DNA from: Takakia lepidozioides
Lineage: Eukaryota; Plantae; Bryophyta
Reading direction: 5' to 3'
Length of the DNA stretch: 64,000 bases
Assembly: GCA_030704615.1 (NCBI GenBank)
Contig: CM060732.1
Location: 27,590,001 to 27,654,000, forward strand
The translations under genes were made by a program, and so were the position numbers. The notes under the pieces are model-generated. The model searched no databases, was not told the origin of the DNA, and worked only from the letters and a program-made list of their open reading frames with translations. Every line of letters begins with the position of its first letter. The stretch's first letter is position 1. This document shows positions 1-12,150 of the stretch, one piece after another.

Positions 1-410
1 GAACTGGAAATTCGGCGTCATTTTTTCTGGTTGGGTCGGAAAGTGGCTAAGTCCCAGAAAGGGCTGGGCCCCAACCTGGAAAAATGGTGCTGAATTTCCA
101 CTGTCGGTGCTAGCCACCCCCGGGACTTAGCCATTTTCAGGGCACGGAACTGGAAATTCGGCACCATTTTCCCAGGTTGGGTCCAAAAGTGGCCAAGTCC
201 CAGAAAAGGCTGGGCCCCAACCCGGAAAAATGGCGCCGAATTTCCAGTTTCGGTGCTAGCCACCCAAGGGACAGCCATTTCTGGTGCCCAAAAGTGGAAA
301 TTTGGCGCCATTTTTCTAGGTTGGGCCCCCAAACGTCTAAGTCCCAGATAGAGCTACCTCGCCCTCGGGAAAAATGGCGCCGAATTACCACTTTCGTTGC
401 CCGGCACCCT
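1..410. repeat. ~146-bp tandem repeat with internal inverted GGAAATTCGGCGCCATTTT / AAAATGGCGCCGAATTTCC motifs
   Basis: GAACTGGAAATTCGG at 1 and 147, degenerate third unit near 292; each unit carries opposed GGCGCC-type motifs. Confidence 0.8.
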
Positions 411-420
411 GGGGAGCCTG

Positions 421-800
421 CTCACCCTTTCAACCATATTTGACTGACCTCATACTTGTACGGTACCTTTAAGATGGCATGTGAAATACACTTGCAAAGT
501 TTCAAAACACTCAAAAATCATTTGATATGTTCATGATTGATTCACCCTTTCAACCATTTTAGATTGACTTGAAACTTGTGAAAGACCTGTAAAATGGCAT
601 GTGCAAGACACTTGCAAAGTTTCAAATCAATTTAAAATCATTTGGTAGGGGGACGATTGGTTCACCCTTTAAACCATTTTAGATTGATGTCATACTTCAC
701 AAAGACGTGTAAGAGGGCATGTAGAAGACACTTGCAAAGTTTCGGAGCAATAAAATATCATTTCATTGAGGAAGTTTCCGTTCACCCTTTCATCCAATTT
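421..800. repeat. 120-bp tandem repeat (3 units plus a partial fourth)
   Basis: (C/T)TCACCCTTT at 421, 541, 661, 781; ACACTTGCAAAGTTTC recurs at the same period. Confidence 0.85.
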
Positions 801-2097
801 TGGATTTGTACTAAATAAAATGATTTAGAGGGCATAAGATTGTGGATTTGTGGGGCGCAATGATTTTGTTTTTGGCTTGATTTTGTTCTGTGAGTTGAAC
901 CCTCACACCACCACATCCTTGCCAAAAATTGTACTAAAGAAAAATGTTTGAAAAAAAACATTCATCCTTTGCTCTATGCTCACTATTGCAGAACTCTCTA
1001 TGAAGAGTGCATAAAGTTGAAGATCACTGCACCTTGGAGTGCAAATGAGGGAATAAAATAGTTCCACTGGTCATAGATGTGACAAGTTGCCCCTTACATG
1101 AAACCGTATGGTCTCGATGTCCTCAGTCGGGTGTTGGATCCTAGAGCAAGGGTCATATGTAACGGGAATCCCGATGTGTTCGCAAATGTTGCAAGGTTCA
1201 CCAATAGTTTGATTGGTAAACCTAAAATGACCAATGTATTGTGGGATGAGCGACATGAGGGGGATGTTAGGCTGGCATCCAAGACATCAAATTTTGTTAA
1301 AAGAAATTTTAGAGCAAATTTGACAAAAAAAGATTTCTTAATAATCCAGTTTTTATTTTTCCCCATAAATCTGGGAAGCATCAAGACTGTGCGCTGATGA
1401 TGTGATCTCACCTAGCAGATAGGGTGACATCCTTTTTATTTTTCTTATTTTTTTAAAAATTTAAGTTTTTAAAATTTTCGGGTAGTCCAAGCAGCTTTAA
1501 GCAAATGACAGCAATGATGTGGCATGACAATGGCTTGGCACTATGCACCCTATTAATGAAGTACAAGACAGGAAATTTTGGGTTTGTCTCGGCACCCCTT
1601 GAATTAGTTGAATACTAATGTTGTGCATTATATATTTATGCAGTGGGACTATAAAGGATGACTTCCTGGGCCTCATTGGTGACCCTGGTGGAGCCACATA
1701 GGACCGGTGGTGTGAACAATCCACAGGTTTTTGTGTGGATGCATCCAGCTGCCATTGGGAAGGACAAAGACACAGATGCAGGGTTGGCCATAAACTGAGT
1801 TTGGGCAAAGCTCTCATCAGACGATGCTATTACACTGAGGTGTGGCAGGCTAGCTTTAGGACTTAGGGTTTAGGGTCAGTCAAAATCCTCCTTTCATTAA
1901 TTACCTCCACAAGTCAAGTGCAATTATGGGCTGAGATGCTGCGTAGGCCCCACTACCATTTCCTGTGGATATGCCACAGGAAATGCCCTCAACATCACAT
2001 CATGGTCAATATTCTCAGGAAATGGTGGATGAACTCAGTAGCTACACAAATCAATGAATGAAGCAAGACACTTGCACCTTTCCAGAAGAACATCGTT

Positions 2098-5000
2098 TCA
2101 CCAGTAATCCCCACAAGAACAAACCCCATCTTCAAAGTGGTGAAAGCGGTTAGCATCCCGTACAACAATTGCTCGGCCAACAATCTTTGAAATGAACTTG
2201 GTGGAGGTGTGGCAGTCACCACACACCCGAAGATTCTTGATGAGGAGGAGAGGCGCCCGAGGGGCCGTGCTGATCAGCCCAAAGCCAATGGCCAGCTTCT
2301 CACTGTGGTGGCAAAGAGAAAACTCCTTTTGCTCCTCCCCGACATCATGCAATACAAAGCGCGTGTCAGGCACATACCCTGCCTCCTTCATCTGCCCAAA
2401 CAATCTTCTTAGCTCAGCATGGATTTCCTTAATTTTGGGATGCAATTTGTCATCTACAACAAAGGTGTGCACTCTGTTGCCAACCTCAATGCAGCAGCAA
2501 CCTGCCTCCTTTCTGACCCCTCTGACCTTCATCATTTTTCTCACCTTTGCACTATCATCCCACCTGCCAGCTGCAGCATAGATGTTTGATAGCAACACGT
2601 AAGTCGCGGCGTCCTGTTCATCCCACTTAAGAATAGATGTTGCCGCACGTTCAGCCATCTCCACATTGCCATGGACTCTGCAGGCACCAAGCAAGGCCTT
2701 CCACACCACAGCATCTGGTTTGATTGGCATTTTATTAATGAGGTCCTCTGCCTCATTCAATTGCCCCGCACGTCCAAGGAGGTCCACCATGCAGCCAAAG
2801 TGCTTCACTGTTGGAGTGACACCATGATCTTGACTCAGGGAATCAAAGTAGCGTCTTCCTTCATCCAGTAGGCCAACGTGGCTGCACGCAGAGAGAACAC
2901 ATACAAAGGTGATACTGTCTGGCTTCAAGCCTTCGTTCAGCATTCCTTCAAATAGTTGCAGGGCCTCCATATGACAACCATGCTGGGCATATCCTGCGAT
3001 CATCCCATTCCAGGACACCACATCTCGTTCAGCCATATTGTCGAACACTCCCTTTGCATCCTTGATGCACCCACATTTGGCATACATATCCATAAGGGTA
3101 TTGTTCAGAATGACATCTGGTACAATTCCAGCTTTCACGATGACACCATGGACCTCCTTGCCCTTATCCAGGGCAGCCAGGCTCGCACATGCATTACAAA
3201 TGGAAACAAACGTGATGTGGTTGGGCGTCACCCCTTCCTGCATCATTTGCTCATAGGTCTCCAAAGCCTCCATCCCGCACCCCTGCTGTGCATATCCTGC
3301 GATCATCGCATTCCACGACACAACATCTCGTTTGGCCATATGGTCAAACACTCCCTTTGCATCCTTGATGCACCCACATTTGGCATACATATCCACGAGG
3401 GTATTGTTCAGAATGACATCTGGTACGATCCCAGCTTTGACGATGTCACCATGGACCTCTCTGCCCTTCTCCAGGGCTGCCAGGCTCGCACACGCATTGC
3501 AAACACAAACAAACGTGATGCGGTTGGGCTTCACCCCTTCCCCCATCATTTGCACATAGGATACCAAAGCCTCCATCCCGCGCCCCTGCTGTGCATAGCC
3601 TGCGACCATTGTATTCCATGATACCACATCTCGTTCAGCCATATCGTTGAACACTCCCATTGCATCCTTGATGCTCCCACATTTGGCATACATGTCCACC
3701 AGGGTATTGTTCAGAATGACATCTGGTACAATTCCAGCTTTCACGATGTCACCATGGACCTCTTTGGCCTTTTCCAGGGCTGCCAAGCTCGCACACGCAT
3801 TGCAAAGGCAAACAAACGTGATGTGGTTGGGCTTCACCCCTTCCTGCATCATTAGCTCATAGGTCTCCAAAGCCTCCAGCCCGAGCTCCTGCTGTGCATA
3901 TCCTGCAATCATTGTGTTCCACGACACCACATCTCGTTCAGCCATATTGTCAAATACGCTCTTTGCATCCTCGATGCACCCACATTTGGCATACATGTCC
4001 ACGAGAGTATTGTTCAGAATGATATCTGGTACAATTCCAGCTTTCATGATGTCACCATGGACCACTTTGCCCTTTTCCAGGTCTGCCAGGCTTGCACATG
4101 CATTACAAACACAAACAAATGTGATTCGGTCAGGCTTCACCCCTTCTCGCATCAATTGCTCATAGGTCTCCAAAGCCTCCATCCCACGCCCCTGCTGTGC
4201 ATATCCTGAGATCATTGCATTCCACGACACCACATTTCGTTCACCCATACTCTCGAACACTCCCTTTGCATCTTCAATGCTCCCACATTTGGCGTACATG
4301 TCCACAAGGGCAGTGCTCAGAACGACAGCTGGTACAATTCCAGCTTTCACAATGTCACCATGGACCTCTTTGCCCTTTTCCAGGGCAGCCAGGCTCGCAC
4401 ACGCATTGCAAATGCAAACAAATGTGATGTGGTTGGGCTTCACCCCTTCCCGCATCATTAGCTCATAGGTCTCCAAAGCCTCCATCCCGAGCTCCTGCTG
4501 TGCATATCCTGCTATCATTGCGTTCCACGACACCACATCTCGTTTGGCCATATGGTCAAACACTCCCTTTGCATCCTCGATGCTCCCACATTTGGCATAC
4601 ATGTCCACCAGGGCAGTGTTCAGAACCACATCTGGTACAATTCCAGCTTTGATGATGTCACCATGCACTTCTTTAGCCTTTTCCAGGGCTGCCAGGCTTG
4701 CACATGCATTGCAAATGCAAACAAATGTGATGTGGTCAGGCTTCAACCCTTCCCCCATCATTTGCTCATAGGTCTCCAAAGCCTCCATTCCGCACCCCTG
4801 CTGTGCATATCCTGTGATCATTGCATTCCACGACACCACATTTCGTTCAGCCATATTGTCAAACACTCCCTTTGCATCTTCAACGCTCCCGCATTTGGCA
4901 TACATGTCCACCAGGGCAGTGTTCAGAATGACATCTGGCACAATTCCAGCTTTAATAATGTTACCATGGACCTCTCTGCCCTTTTCCAGGGCTGCCAGGC

Positions 5001-5628
5001 TTGCACATGCATTGGAAACACAAACGAACGTGATGTGGTTGGGCTTCACACCTTCCCGCATCATTTGCTCATATGTCTCCAAAGCATTCCTACCACACCT
5101 ATGCTTTGTGAATCCTGCCATCATTATATTCCACGTGATCAAACATCGTTGAGGCATTCTGTTGAACACTTGGTGAGCATCGACGATGCTCCCGCACTTA
5201 ACATACATGTTGACAAGGGTGTTGTGTAGAAAAACGTTTGGCTTGAATCCACTGTGGATAATGTGAGCATGCACCTGCTTTCCAGCTTCCAGGCCTTTCA
5301 TCTTGATACATGTATGCAAGAGACAGACATAAGTATCTGAATCTGCTGAAATGACTCCTTGATTTAAAGTTTTTAAAGCCTCTTTCAGTCGGCCTGCCTC
5401 ACATAGCATCCTCACATGCCCAGGAGTGCCAGGAGAGGCATTCTGGACCTCCTCTCTTGGTCCTCTTTCGGAAGCTGTGGTCATGGTCGAGGTTCGTGAT
5501 TTTATCAACTGTGCCACTGCTGCTGCTGGTTCCAGTTGACCATCTACCCATGCAGGTTTCTTGCGGCTATTGATCCAGAGGGAATCGTAGGAAATTTTGT
5601 GCTTGAAATCCGGCTCTCTTGGATACAT
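2098..5628 (-). CDS. PLS-class pentatricopeptide repeat protein with E1/E2 and DYW cytidine deaminase domain (organellar C-to-U RNA editing factor)
   Basis: 1176-aa intronless ORF; eight 101-aa P-L-S periods (LVDMYAKCG, VVSWNAMI, ITFVCVCNACAS); HSEKLA and CGDCH zinc ligands; ends CSCGDYW. Start codon uncertain. Confidence 0.95.
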   Translation of the reverse strand: MYPREPDFKHKISYDSLWINSRKKPAWVDGQLEPAAAVAQLIKSRTSTMTTASERGPREEVQNASPGTPGHVRMLCEAGRLKEALKTLNQGVISADSDTYVCLLHTCIKMKGLEAGKQVHAHIIHSGFKPNVFLHNTLVNMYVKCGSIVDAHQVFNRMPQRCLITWNIMMAGFTKHRCGRNALETYEQMMREGVKPNHITFVCVSNACASLAALEKGREVHGNIIKAGIVPDVILNTALVDMYAKCGSVEDAKGVFDNMAERNVVSWNAMITGYAQQGCGMEALETYEQMMGEGLKPDHITFVCICNACASLAALEKAKEVHGDIIKAGIVPDVVLNTALVDMYAKCGSIEDAKGVFDHMAKRDVVSWNAMIAGYAQQELGMEALETYELMMREGVKPNHITFVCICNACASLAALEKGKEVHGDIVKAGIVPAVVLSTALVDMYAKCGSIEDAKGVFESMGERNVVSWNAMISGYAQQGRGMEALETYEQLMREGVKPDRITFVCVCNACASLADLEKGKVVHGDIMKAGIVPDIILNNTLVDMYAKCGCIEDAKSVFDNMAERDVVSWNTMIAGYAQQELGLEALETYELMMQEGVKPNHITFVCLCNACASLAALEKAKEVHGDIVKAGIVPDVILNNTLVDMYAKCGSIKDAMGVFNDMAERDVVSWNTMVAGYAQQGRGMEALVSYVQMMGEGVKPNRITFVCVCNACASLAALEKGREVHGDIVKAGIVPDVILNNTLVDMYAKCGCIKDAKGVFDHMAKRDVVSWNAMIAGYAQQGCGMEALETYEQMMQEGVTPNHITFVSICNACASLAALDKGKEVHGVIVKAGIVPDVILNNTLMDMYAKCGCIKDAKGVFDNMAERDVVSWNGMIAGYAQHGCHMEALQLFEGMLNEGLKPDSITFVCVLSACSHVGLLDEGRRYFDSLSQDHGVTPTVKHFGCMVDLLGRAGQLNEAEDLINKMPIKPDAVVWKALLGACRVHGNVEMAERAATSILKWDEQDAATYVLLSNIYAAAGRWDDSAKVRKMMKVRGVRKEAGCCCIEVGNRVHTFVVDDKLHPKIKEIHAELRRLFGQMKEAGYVPDTRFVLHDVGEEQKEFSLCHHSEKLAIGFGLISTAPRAPLLLIKNLRVCGDCHTSTKFISKIVGRAIVVRDANRFHHFEDGVCSCGDYW

Positions 5629-7160
5629 CTGGACCCACAGTCTATCCCTGCTCCTTCATCTATCCCTGCCTCTGCACAAATCACGTACATATCCTCGCCT
5701 TGCTGCTAGCAGCTGAAAATGACAGCGTAGATTTGTTCTAGCAAACACCCTAACCCTACTTATCAAACTATATCACATGCTGAATTGCTCCCAAGACTTT
5801 AAAAATGTGCTGGGGAGAGAGAGGATGACAATTATTAACAAAGCTTTTGCATTGCATCTTGTTGTCTTCTTGTCTCTGTAATTTAACAGGCATTCACCTT
5901 CTTGCTTCGACTGTCCCACCATTGACTGGGGTAGGGAAAGGATTCATTCCAAAGCTTGTCCTCATCTCTGTTATCTGTTTTTGGATACTTTCCTGTTGCC
6001 ACATTGGCAGTAACATGTCAAAAACACTCCAAACAACCATAGGTTCAGAATTCAACATGAAAGTTCAGGAACAACTGTGATAAGAGGGAAAAATAGGCTG
6101 AAATGTGTTGAAGATGTGCCCTTGCTAGCAATGCGTCTATTGAGCCACCGCCATCACTGCTTCCAGTTGACCATCTAACCATGCTGGTTTCTTGTAGCTA
6201 TCGCACCACAAGGAATCGTAGGTAATCTTGTGCTTGAAATCCGGACCCACACTCTATCATCTGCACCAGTCATGTATAGATCCTGTTGCCTTGCTGCTAG
6301 CAGCTGACAGTAATAGCCTAGATTTGTACACCCCAACCCTACTTATCACACACTAGTTCCTATGCTAAATTGCTCCAAGACTTCAAAAATTTGCTGGGGA
6401 GAGAGAGGATGACAATTTCCAAGAAAGATTTGCAAAGCATCTTGTTGTCTGCTTCTCTTGGTAATCTAACAGACATTCACCTTTTTGGCGCAATTGTCCC
6501 ACCATTGACTGGGGTCGGAAATATATTCATTCCAAAGCTTCACCTTGTCTTTGTTATTTGTTTTTGGGTACTTTCCTGCTGCCACATTGGCAGCAACATG
6601 TCAAAATCACTCCAAACCACTGTAGATCCACCCAACAAGCTTAATTAGGGCTGAGTCTGATAAGAGGGCAAAACAGGCTGAAATAGGTTGAAGACGAAGG
6701 TGCCTCACCACATTGTCCTTGACCTTGTGTCACGAAAGCAGCTAGCTTTTCTTTCACCCATGGAGGATTCAACCAACCATCAACCCAAAAGGACCTCTTG
6801 TGTGTGCTGCTTGTGTCTGTAGTCAGGTGATCTCCGATAGGTCTGTGAGGAGAACCACCATGGTGCAGCTGAGCAGACATAGATTTAAGCTCGGCCTCCT
6901 AAGACCAAGCTGACCCTCCCAAGTACCTTGTAAAGACCAAGAAAGATATCATTTCATGATACTAACAGGAAGAGCCCACATTTGCAAGACAGACAAACTT
7001 CTTTGTACTTTAAGAAAGTCACACCTTGCAATTGTGGTTGTCCCACCATTGTGAAGGATCTTTAAAAAACTCATGCAAGCTCTCCTCCATGCTCCACAGC
7101 AGACCTTTGTGCCCCAAAATCCGGCAGAATCAACATTTTGACAAGTTCCTTTAAGGAGTG
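5500..7160. repeat. Locally duplicated PPR 5'/upstream blocks
   Basis: TTCCAGTTGACCATCT, GTGCTTGAAATCCGG and GTCCCACCATTGACTGGGGT recur at ~5530-6110 and ~6160-6700, with further copies at 23030-25500 and 59500-62900. Confidence 0.75.
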
Positions 7161-8329
7161 CTAGTGAGCTTTCAACAATATTCCCGCAACTCACTCTTGG
7201 CTCTGACTCTACAGAATGAGGAACATATGAACATGTCCAAACTTACACACTTCCACCAGCTTATGTCGTAGTCTGGAGATTTTGGAGTGTTCCGTGAAAA
7301 CGACCAGGGAGCAGCTGAGCAGCCACAGTCTCAACCTTCCCAAGTACCTTGCAAACTCCTGGGAAAAGACCTTGCGAAGCCCACTTTCGAGCCCTGCTCA
7401 GGAAGAGCAACCAGCGATACGCAGTTTTCGCAGAGCAAAGCCAGATTCTTACTTTACTCATCAACTAGGGGCACAATCCAATCCAGACATTACGATCATA
7501 ACAGAGTTCAGTCAAACTCCCTCAGACTCCTTCTCATCCTGGATGAAGAAAGCTCACATTGTCAAGGCTAAAGAACTCCTGCCACCGCTGTTCCATGCTC
7601 CAGCGTTGACCTACGCGTCAGATGTACCATCAGCCTTGTCTAACGATCCCGTGCGGTTTCTTGCTTCTTTGCCCGGTGTACATTCGGTTCTGCAGAATTG
7701 CGCATAATACAATTCCGACCCCGGATCCGAGGGCGCATACATACAACACAGCGACCCCAACAAAGAAACCCGCGAGGTGTTTCGTGGTATTACCTAATTT
7801 GAATAGCATCCCTGAAGGTGCCATAACCACCACATGCAAGGGTCTCCGTCGTCTTCTGCGCATTGCCAAAGGGGATGCCGCTTTCAGCTTCACAGCCCAG
7901 GCCTTTAATTACATAACATGAGGCCGCTCGCATTACCGAAGCCAGAGAACAGGAAGCCAAGGGGCGCTGTGCATGTGAAATTAGGAGGGGTAAATGAGCC
8001 TCCAAGTTCTCATAACTCTACAGGCCAAAACACCTACGATCATCCAGCTTCAAATACCATGGTCTGTCACTTGCTGCCGCTTCTTTCACGTTTCTTTCCT
8101 TGTCTTCAAAATTTATGTCGATCAGAATGAAAATTTTGTGGTGAATGTTGGGACGAGGGGATTCCACCTGCGTGACTATTCGACTTGTGGATGAAATATA
8201 GATGGATGAATTAAGGATGAGCGTTGCATGAAGTGATGACGATGAGTTGGAATTACTTAGCTATAATAAAGACTTGTCTTATTCTAACAACTAGTTTAGG
8301 ATGAGATTAGGATAGCACTAGGTGATCTG

Positions 8330-8529
8330 GCATCTTTCGTCAATGGCTTGAATCGGACAGCATCAATCTGCATAGGATCATTACCGGATGTTGGTGCCGT
8401 AGTAGCAGCGGCATGGTGCGTCGCCGACCATCCAGATCGCTTCTCTTGACGTATTTTGAATAAAAAATTATCGCATGCAATGACTTGGGTGATGAATTCG
8501 CTCAGTGTACTCACGTTTGGCATTCTCAA
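8330..8529 (-). pseudogene. 3' part of a Gypsy (chromovirus-like) gag, interrupted by the DNMT element
   Basis: RMPNVSTLSEFITQVIACDN...DPMQIDAVRFKPLT; the frame joins 20350 onwards (..EDVKDLLL|RMP..) when the insertion and one TCAA are removed. Confidence 0.8.
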
Positions 8530-8762
8530 TGTCAAGTTATTTTACCATTAGCGTGAAACTAGCTAGGAAATAGCTAGCTTTTACATATTGACATTTGGGA
8601 TTGGCCCAAGTGTCAATCCAGGGGTCAAGGCAGATTTAGGCCCTGGAGTGGTTATCTTCACGGCAAGCGCGGGAGGCTCATCTTTCTCGAGTTGAGCCTC
8701 ACCGCGCCTAGCTATGGCGCCGTAGATTTGTGAGCTCGTGCTTGTATTCTTCTTCTTTATCA
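8530..8762 (+). repeat. Terminal repeat block B1 (3' half of LTR)
   Basis: Near-identical to 19858-20174 apart from an 84-bp deletion; starts TGTCAAG, ends TTATCA. Confidence 0.9.
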
Positions 8763-8774
8763 CTCGAGAAAGAT
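8762..8774 (+). promoter_or_regulatory. Putative self-priming primer-binding site
   Basis: ACTCGAGAAAGAT is the exact reverse complement of ATCTTTCTCGAGT at 8680-8692; no TGG tRNA-type PBS present. Confidence 0.6.
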
Positions 8775-10329
8775 CAGCTCGAGTCTGTGAGTGCCAGGTT
8801 CGAGTTGTTTTGTAGCACTTGTGTTTTCATGAGAATCGGTTCAGCCTAGAGTGCAGGGATCCGTGCATGAGCCTATCCAAAGTGGATAGAGTGCAAAGGC
8901 GAACAGGTTGCAGGTTTGCAATGGATAGAGAGGCGGGTAGCTTATGTTGAAGAGCGGCGTTGCATAGCTCAACGCTATGGCAACCAAGTTTGGGCTTGTA
9001 GTGTGAAGCGGGGGAGATGCTGGTCTCGAGTGGGTGAACTGGTGGTCGTCTTCTTCAGCTGCAGGCCAAGTTAAGGAGCTGCAACAATGTGGAGCTGCGA
9101 GGGTGTTAGATGTAAGTCACAGTTATCGGGAGCTCCAACTTCAAGCTCATCAGGAGGTATGAGTGAAGAGAGATGGCTGATTTCTCTTGTATGCAAGCCA
9201 ATGCATTTGTGGCTATGTTGAGTTGGGGGTTTCAATCTGAAACTCCAGCGGTATGAGGGCTCTTGCCATGGCAAGAGCGGGGCTGGAACATGAGCTAAGA
9301 GGTGCGGCAAGGCCATGGAATGTGCACCTAGGGTTTCAGAGCTTGGAAGAAAAGTTCTTGCACCACAAGAGGAGTGTCTGGTGGCTGGAAATGTAAGCCT
9401 TAGGGTTTCAGGAGCTTGGCAAGGGCTGTGGAGTGCTTAGTCTTGTCTTAGAGAGCATCAAGGAGCTAAGGAGCCAAGATAGGGGGCTGATATCTCTTGT
9501 GTGAAGAGGTTGCATGTGTGGAGCATGTATTCAGCTCATTGAAGCTTCCATCTTCAAGCTTGGAGGGCAAGCAAGGAAGAGGGAAGGGCTGATTTCTCTT
9601 ATGTGAGGGCAATGCATGTGTGGAGCATGCTATCAGCCTGGTGAAGGCTTGCACTTTCAGGTGTGGGAGTGCAAGAAAGGAAGGAAGGGGCTGGTTTTCG
9701 TGTAGGGCATGTGGAGCATGCTTTCAGCCTGTTGAAGCTTGTATTTTCAGGTTTGTGGGTGCAAGAAATGAAACAAAGGAGCTGATTCTCTTATGGTGAG
9801 AGTGGGGCATGTGTGGAGCATGCCTTCAGCCCATTGAGGCTCTTGTTTTCAAGTTTTAGAGAGCTAGAACGGAAGGTCTAGGGCTGGTTTCCACTTGGAG
9901 TGAAAGAAAAGCACTTGTAGGGCCTATGTGAGTTGGGGTTTCAACTTCAAGCTTGAAGGGAGCGCAACTCTTGAAGCAGCAGGTGTAGGGGGCTAGAATA
10001 GGCTCTAAGACAGATGCTATGGCCAAGGAGAGTGCTTGAATGAGTGCTCACAAGGGCTGGGAACCAGCAGGGCTTGGTTGTTTGCCATTGAGTTTAGTGG
10101 CATGTTTGGGGAGGCTAAGTGAGAAAGAAGGCTTGGTTTGTGGCAACCACCTCATGGCTTAGGGCTACTATGGTGGTGTGTGGGAGCCGAAAGAGCAAGA
10201 ATACCTTGCTGATTTCCTCACAGCCGCCATAGCTCGGTGGAAAGAAGCCTAGAGTCCAAGAGACACAAACCCTAGCTTGGCGTGGCTAAACCCCTTGGAG
10301 AAATGGCTAAACTGCCAGAGCGACCATGG

Positions 10330-11570
10330 ATGGGGATGTGACGGGCTGTCCCTGTGGCCTTGGGGGCTGTGAGGGGCTGTGAGGGGCTGTGTTGGGCTGC
10401 GCTGGTGGCCTTTAGGGCTTTGACGGGCTGCGCCGGTGGCCTTCGGGACTGTGACAGGCTATGCCCAATGGCCTGTGGGGCTGTGACGGGTTGTGAGGGG
10501 CTTGACAGGCTGTGCCCTGTGGCCTGTGGGGCTGTGACGGGTTGTGAGGGGCTTGACAGGCTGTGCCCCGTGGCCTGTGGGGCTGTGACGGGCTATAAGG
10601 GGCTGTGACAGGTTGTGCCTTGTGGTCTGTGGGGCTCTGACAGGCTATAAGGGGCTGTGACAGGCTGTGCCCTGTGGCGTGTAGGGGCTGTGAGAGGCTG
10701 TGGCGAGCTGTGACGGGCTCTGAGGGGCTGTGAGAGGCTGTGGCGGGCTGTGACAGGCTGTGCCCAGTGGCCTGTGGGGCTGTGCGGGGCTGTGACAGGC
10801 TGTGCCCTGTGGCCTGTGGGGCTGTGACGGGCTGTGACGGGCTGTGGCGAGCTGTGATGGGCGATGAGGGGCTGTGACAGGCTATGCCCAGTGGCCTGTG
10901 GGGCTGTGAGGGGCTATGAGGGGCTTGATAGGCTGTGCCCTGTGGCCTGTGGGGCTGTGACGGGCTATGAGGAGCTGTGACAGGCTGTGCCCTGTGGCCT
11001 GTGGGGTTGTGACGGGCTATGAGGGGCTGTGACAGGCTGTGCCCTGTGGCCTGTGGGGCTGCGACGGGATGTGACAGGCTGTGACAGGCTGTGATGGGCT
11101 GTGATGGGCTGTGGCAAGCTGTGACAGGCTGTGCCCTGTGGCCTGTGGGGCTATGGCGGGCTGTGACAGGCTGTGCCTAGTGGCCTGTGGGGCTGTGGCG
11201 GGCTGTGACAGGCTGTGCCCTGTGGCCTGTGGGGCTGTGACAGGCTATGCCCAGTGGCCTGTGGGGCTGTGAGGGGCTGTGGCCTTTGGGGCTGTGACCC
11301 CTGTGACCTGTGTCGGGCTGTGATAGGCTATGCCCTGTGGCCTATGGGGCTGTGAGGGGCTGTGAGGGGCTGTGATAGGCTGTGGCCTTTGGGGCTGTGA
11401 CCCTGTGACCTTTGTAGGGCTGTGACAGGCTGTGCCTGTGGCCTTTGGGGTTGTGATGGGCTGTGACATATGGCCTTTGGGGCTGTGACAGGCTGTGGCC
11501 TGTGAGCTGTGTGGGCCTGTGCTGGTCTGTGGTGGCCCGTGTTGACCTGTGGATGGCCTGTGTTGACTCG
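10330..11570. repeat. GGCTGTG(A/G)-based minisatellite in the long 5' leader of the DNMT element
   Basis: Dozens of GGCTGTGAC / GGCCTGTGGGGCTGTG units. Confidence 0.9.
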
Positions 11571-12150
11571 TGGAGGCACTGGTGGACTGCCTAAGGACTG
11601 GTATGTGGTCTTGAAGGCCGAATTTTGAAGCTCGTGGAGGGCGGTTTGAGGAGTATCTTCATGATATTCCCATGGTCATGCACGTGAGGGAAGAGAGGAG
11701 AGGAAGAGTGTTGGGATGAGGGCATGCTGGGGTTAGGCATTGCTTTAGTTTCTCTTCCTCATAGTTTCCACCCTCTCATTATGTCAAGACCTTTCCGTAG
11801 GTGGAGGCAAGAGTCAGTCCGGGTTTGGGCTGGGGTGTCCTTGCAGGAGCAACACCGTGGAGTTGTTTTTTGGTGTGGGGGAGTTGTCGTTTTGATTTCT
11901 TGTGTTTGGATCCCCTCCATACCTGCATGCTTGACTGTGCGCCATGCTAGTTTTGTGTGGGCGCTTGTTTTTATAGGTGATTGGTCCGGATTTGATCACT
12001 GGCCAGTCCTAGAGCATGCTGTCGGTGAGGCTGGGGTGATGACCAGCCAACCATAGGAGTGCTTGCGGTGGATGCAGGTACAGGTGTAGGCTATGTTAGG
12101 AACTTAGTATTCCAAACCCTAAGCCGCAACAGGTTCTCTACCCGGTTACC

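Noticed and set aside
1853-1876. TTTAGGG telomere-like repeats
   Set aside because: Only two to three imperfect units
2192-5229. Periodic plus-strand ORFs over the PPR gene
   Set aside because: Antisense shadows of the repeated PPR codons
7200-7920. Possible LINE ORF1 or other coding remnant
   Set aside because: No diagnostic motif recognisable without a search
8146-8289. Possible short solo LTR (TGTT...AACA)
   Set aside because: No TSD and no second copy in the window
10354-11579. Repetitive ORFs in the minisatellite (also 49297-49856, 57158-57654)
   Set aside because: Products of stop-poor tandem repeats
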